Part shown: positions 63,729 to 64,000 of the stretch, piece after piece
Layout: each line of letters begins with the position of its first letter
How positions within the stretch are numbered: position 1 is the first letter of the stretch
NCBI GenBank assembly: GCA_951406725.2
Contig: OX597816.1
Span: forward strand, 173,228,001 to 173,292,000
DNA length: 64,000 nt
DNA from: Octopus vulgaris
Taxonomy: Eukaryota
Direction: 5' to 3'
Made by a program: the position numbers and the translations under genes
Notes under the pieces: model-generated
The model's input: only the letters and a program-made list of their open reading frames with translations
The model's database searches: none
Told to the model about the DNA's origin: nothing

Positions 63729-64000
63729 ATATTGATACAAGACCTAATCCATTATTAATATATTTTTAAATAACTTAATCTGCATGATCATGTTGTATTT
63801 ATAGATTACATTATATATATATATATGTTACAAACTATTTAAAATAGACTAGCGTAATTTTTTGAGAGCCAAGACTGGCAGCTCTCACGCACAAATATAG
63901 ATATAAATTGTATTGGATCTGTTAGTATTGTAGGGATTTGAACCCTATCTGCAAGATACTCAGTTAGGGGTCATAAGTGAGTCACCACAATTTCACATGA

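Overview
AT-rich, microsatellite- and transposon-dense animal genomic DNA. The SINE, RTE, Dong/R4 and Helitron repertoire looks like an octopus/coleoid cephalopod; this is recognised from repeat style, not confirmed by a search. Two host genes converge tail to tail. One is a + strand terminal coding exon at 16090-16394. The other is a minus-strand gene whose last seven coding exons (62970 to 34916) splice in frame by hand into an unrecognised, roughly 205-aa basic protein C-terminus. Introns and intergenic DNA contain decayed mariner, Tc1 and hAT transposons, piggyBac-type and hAT MITEs, non-autonomous and chimeric Helitrons, RTE, Dong/R4 and R2-like LINE fragments, and at least five SINE families. 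The most notable features are: (i) short microsatellite-embedded elements carrying minimal hammerhead-ribozyme cores, two of them near-perfect palindromes whose arms vary in concert; (ii) a variable-copy array of structured ~63-bp units in the RTE 3' UTR; (iii) a LINE tail that now forms a host splice acceptor tract; (iv) a chimeric Helitron nested in a SINE. All calls are by eye, and boundaries of degenerate elements are approximate.
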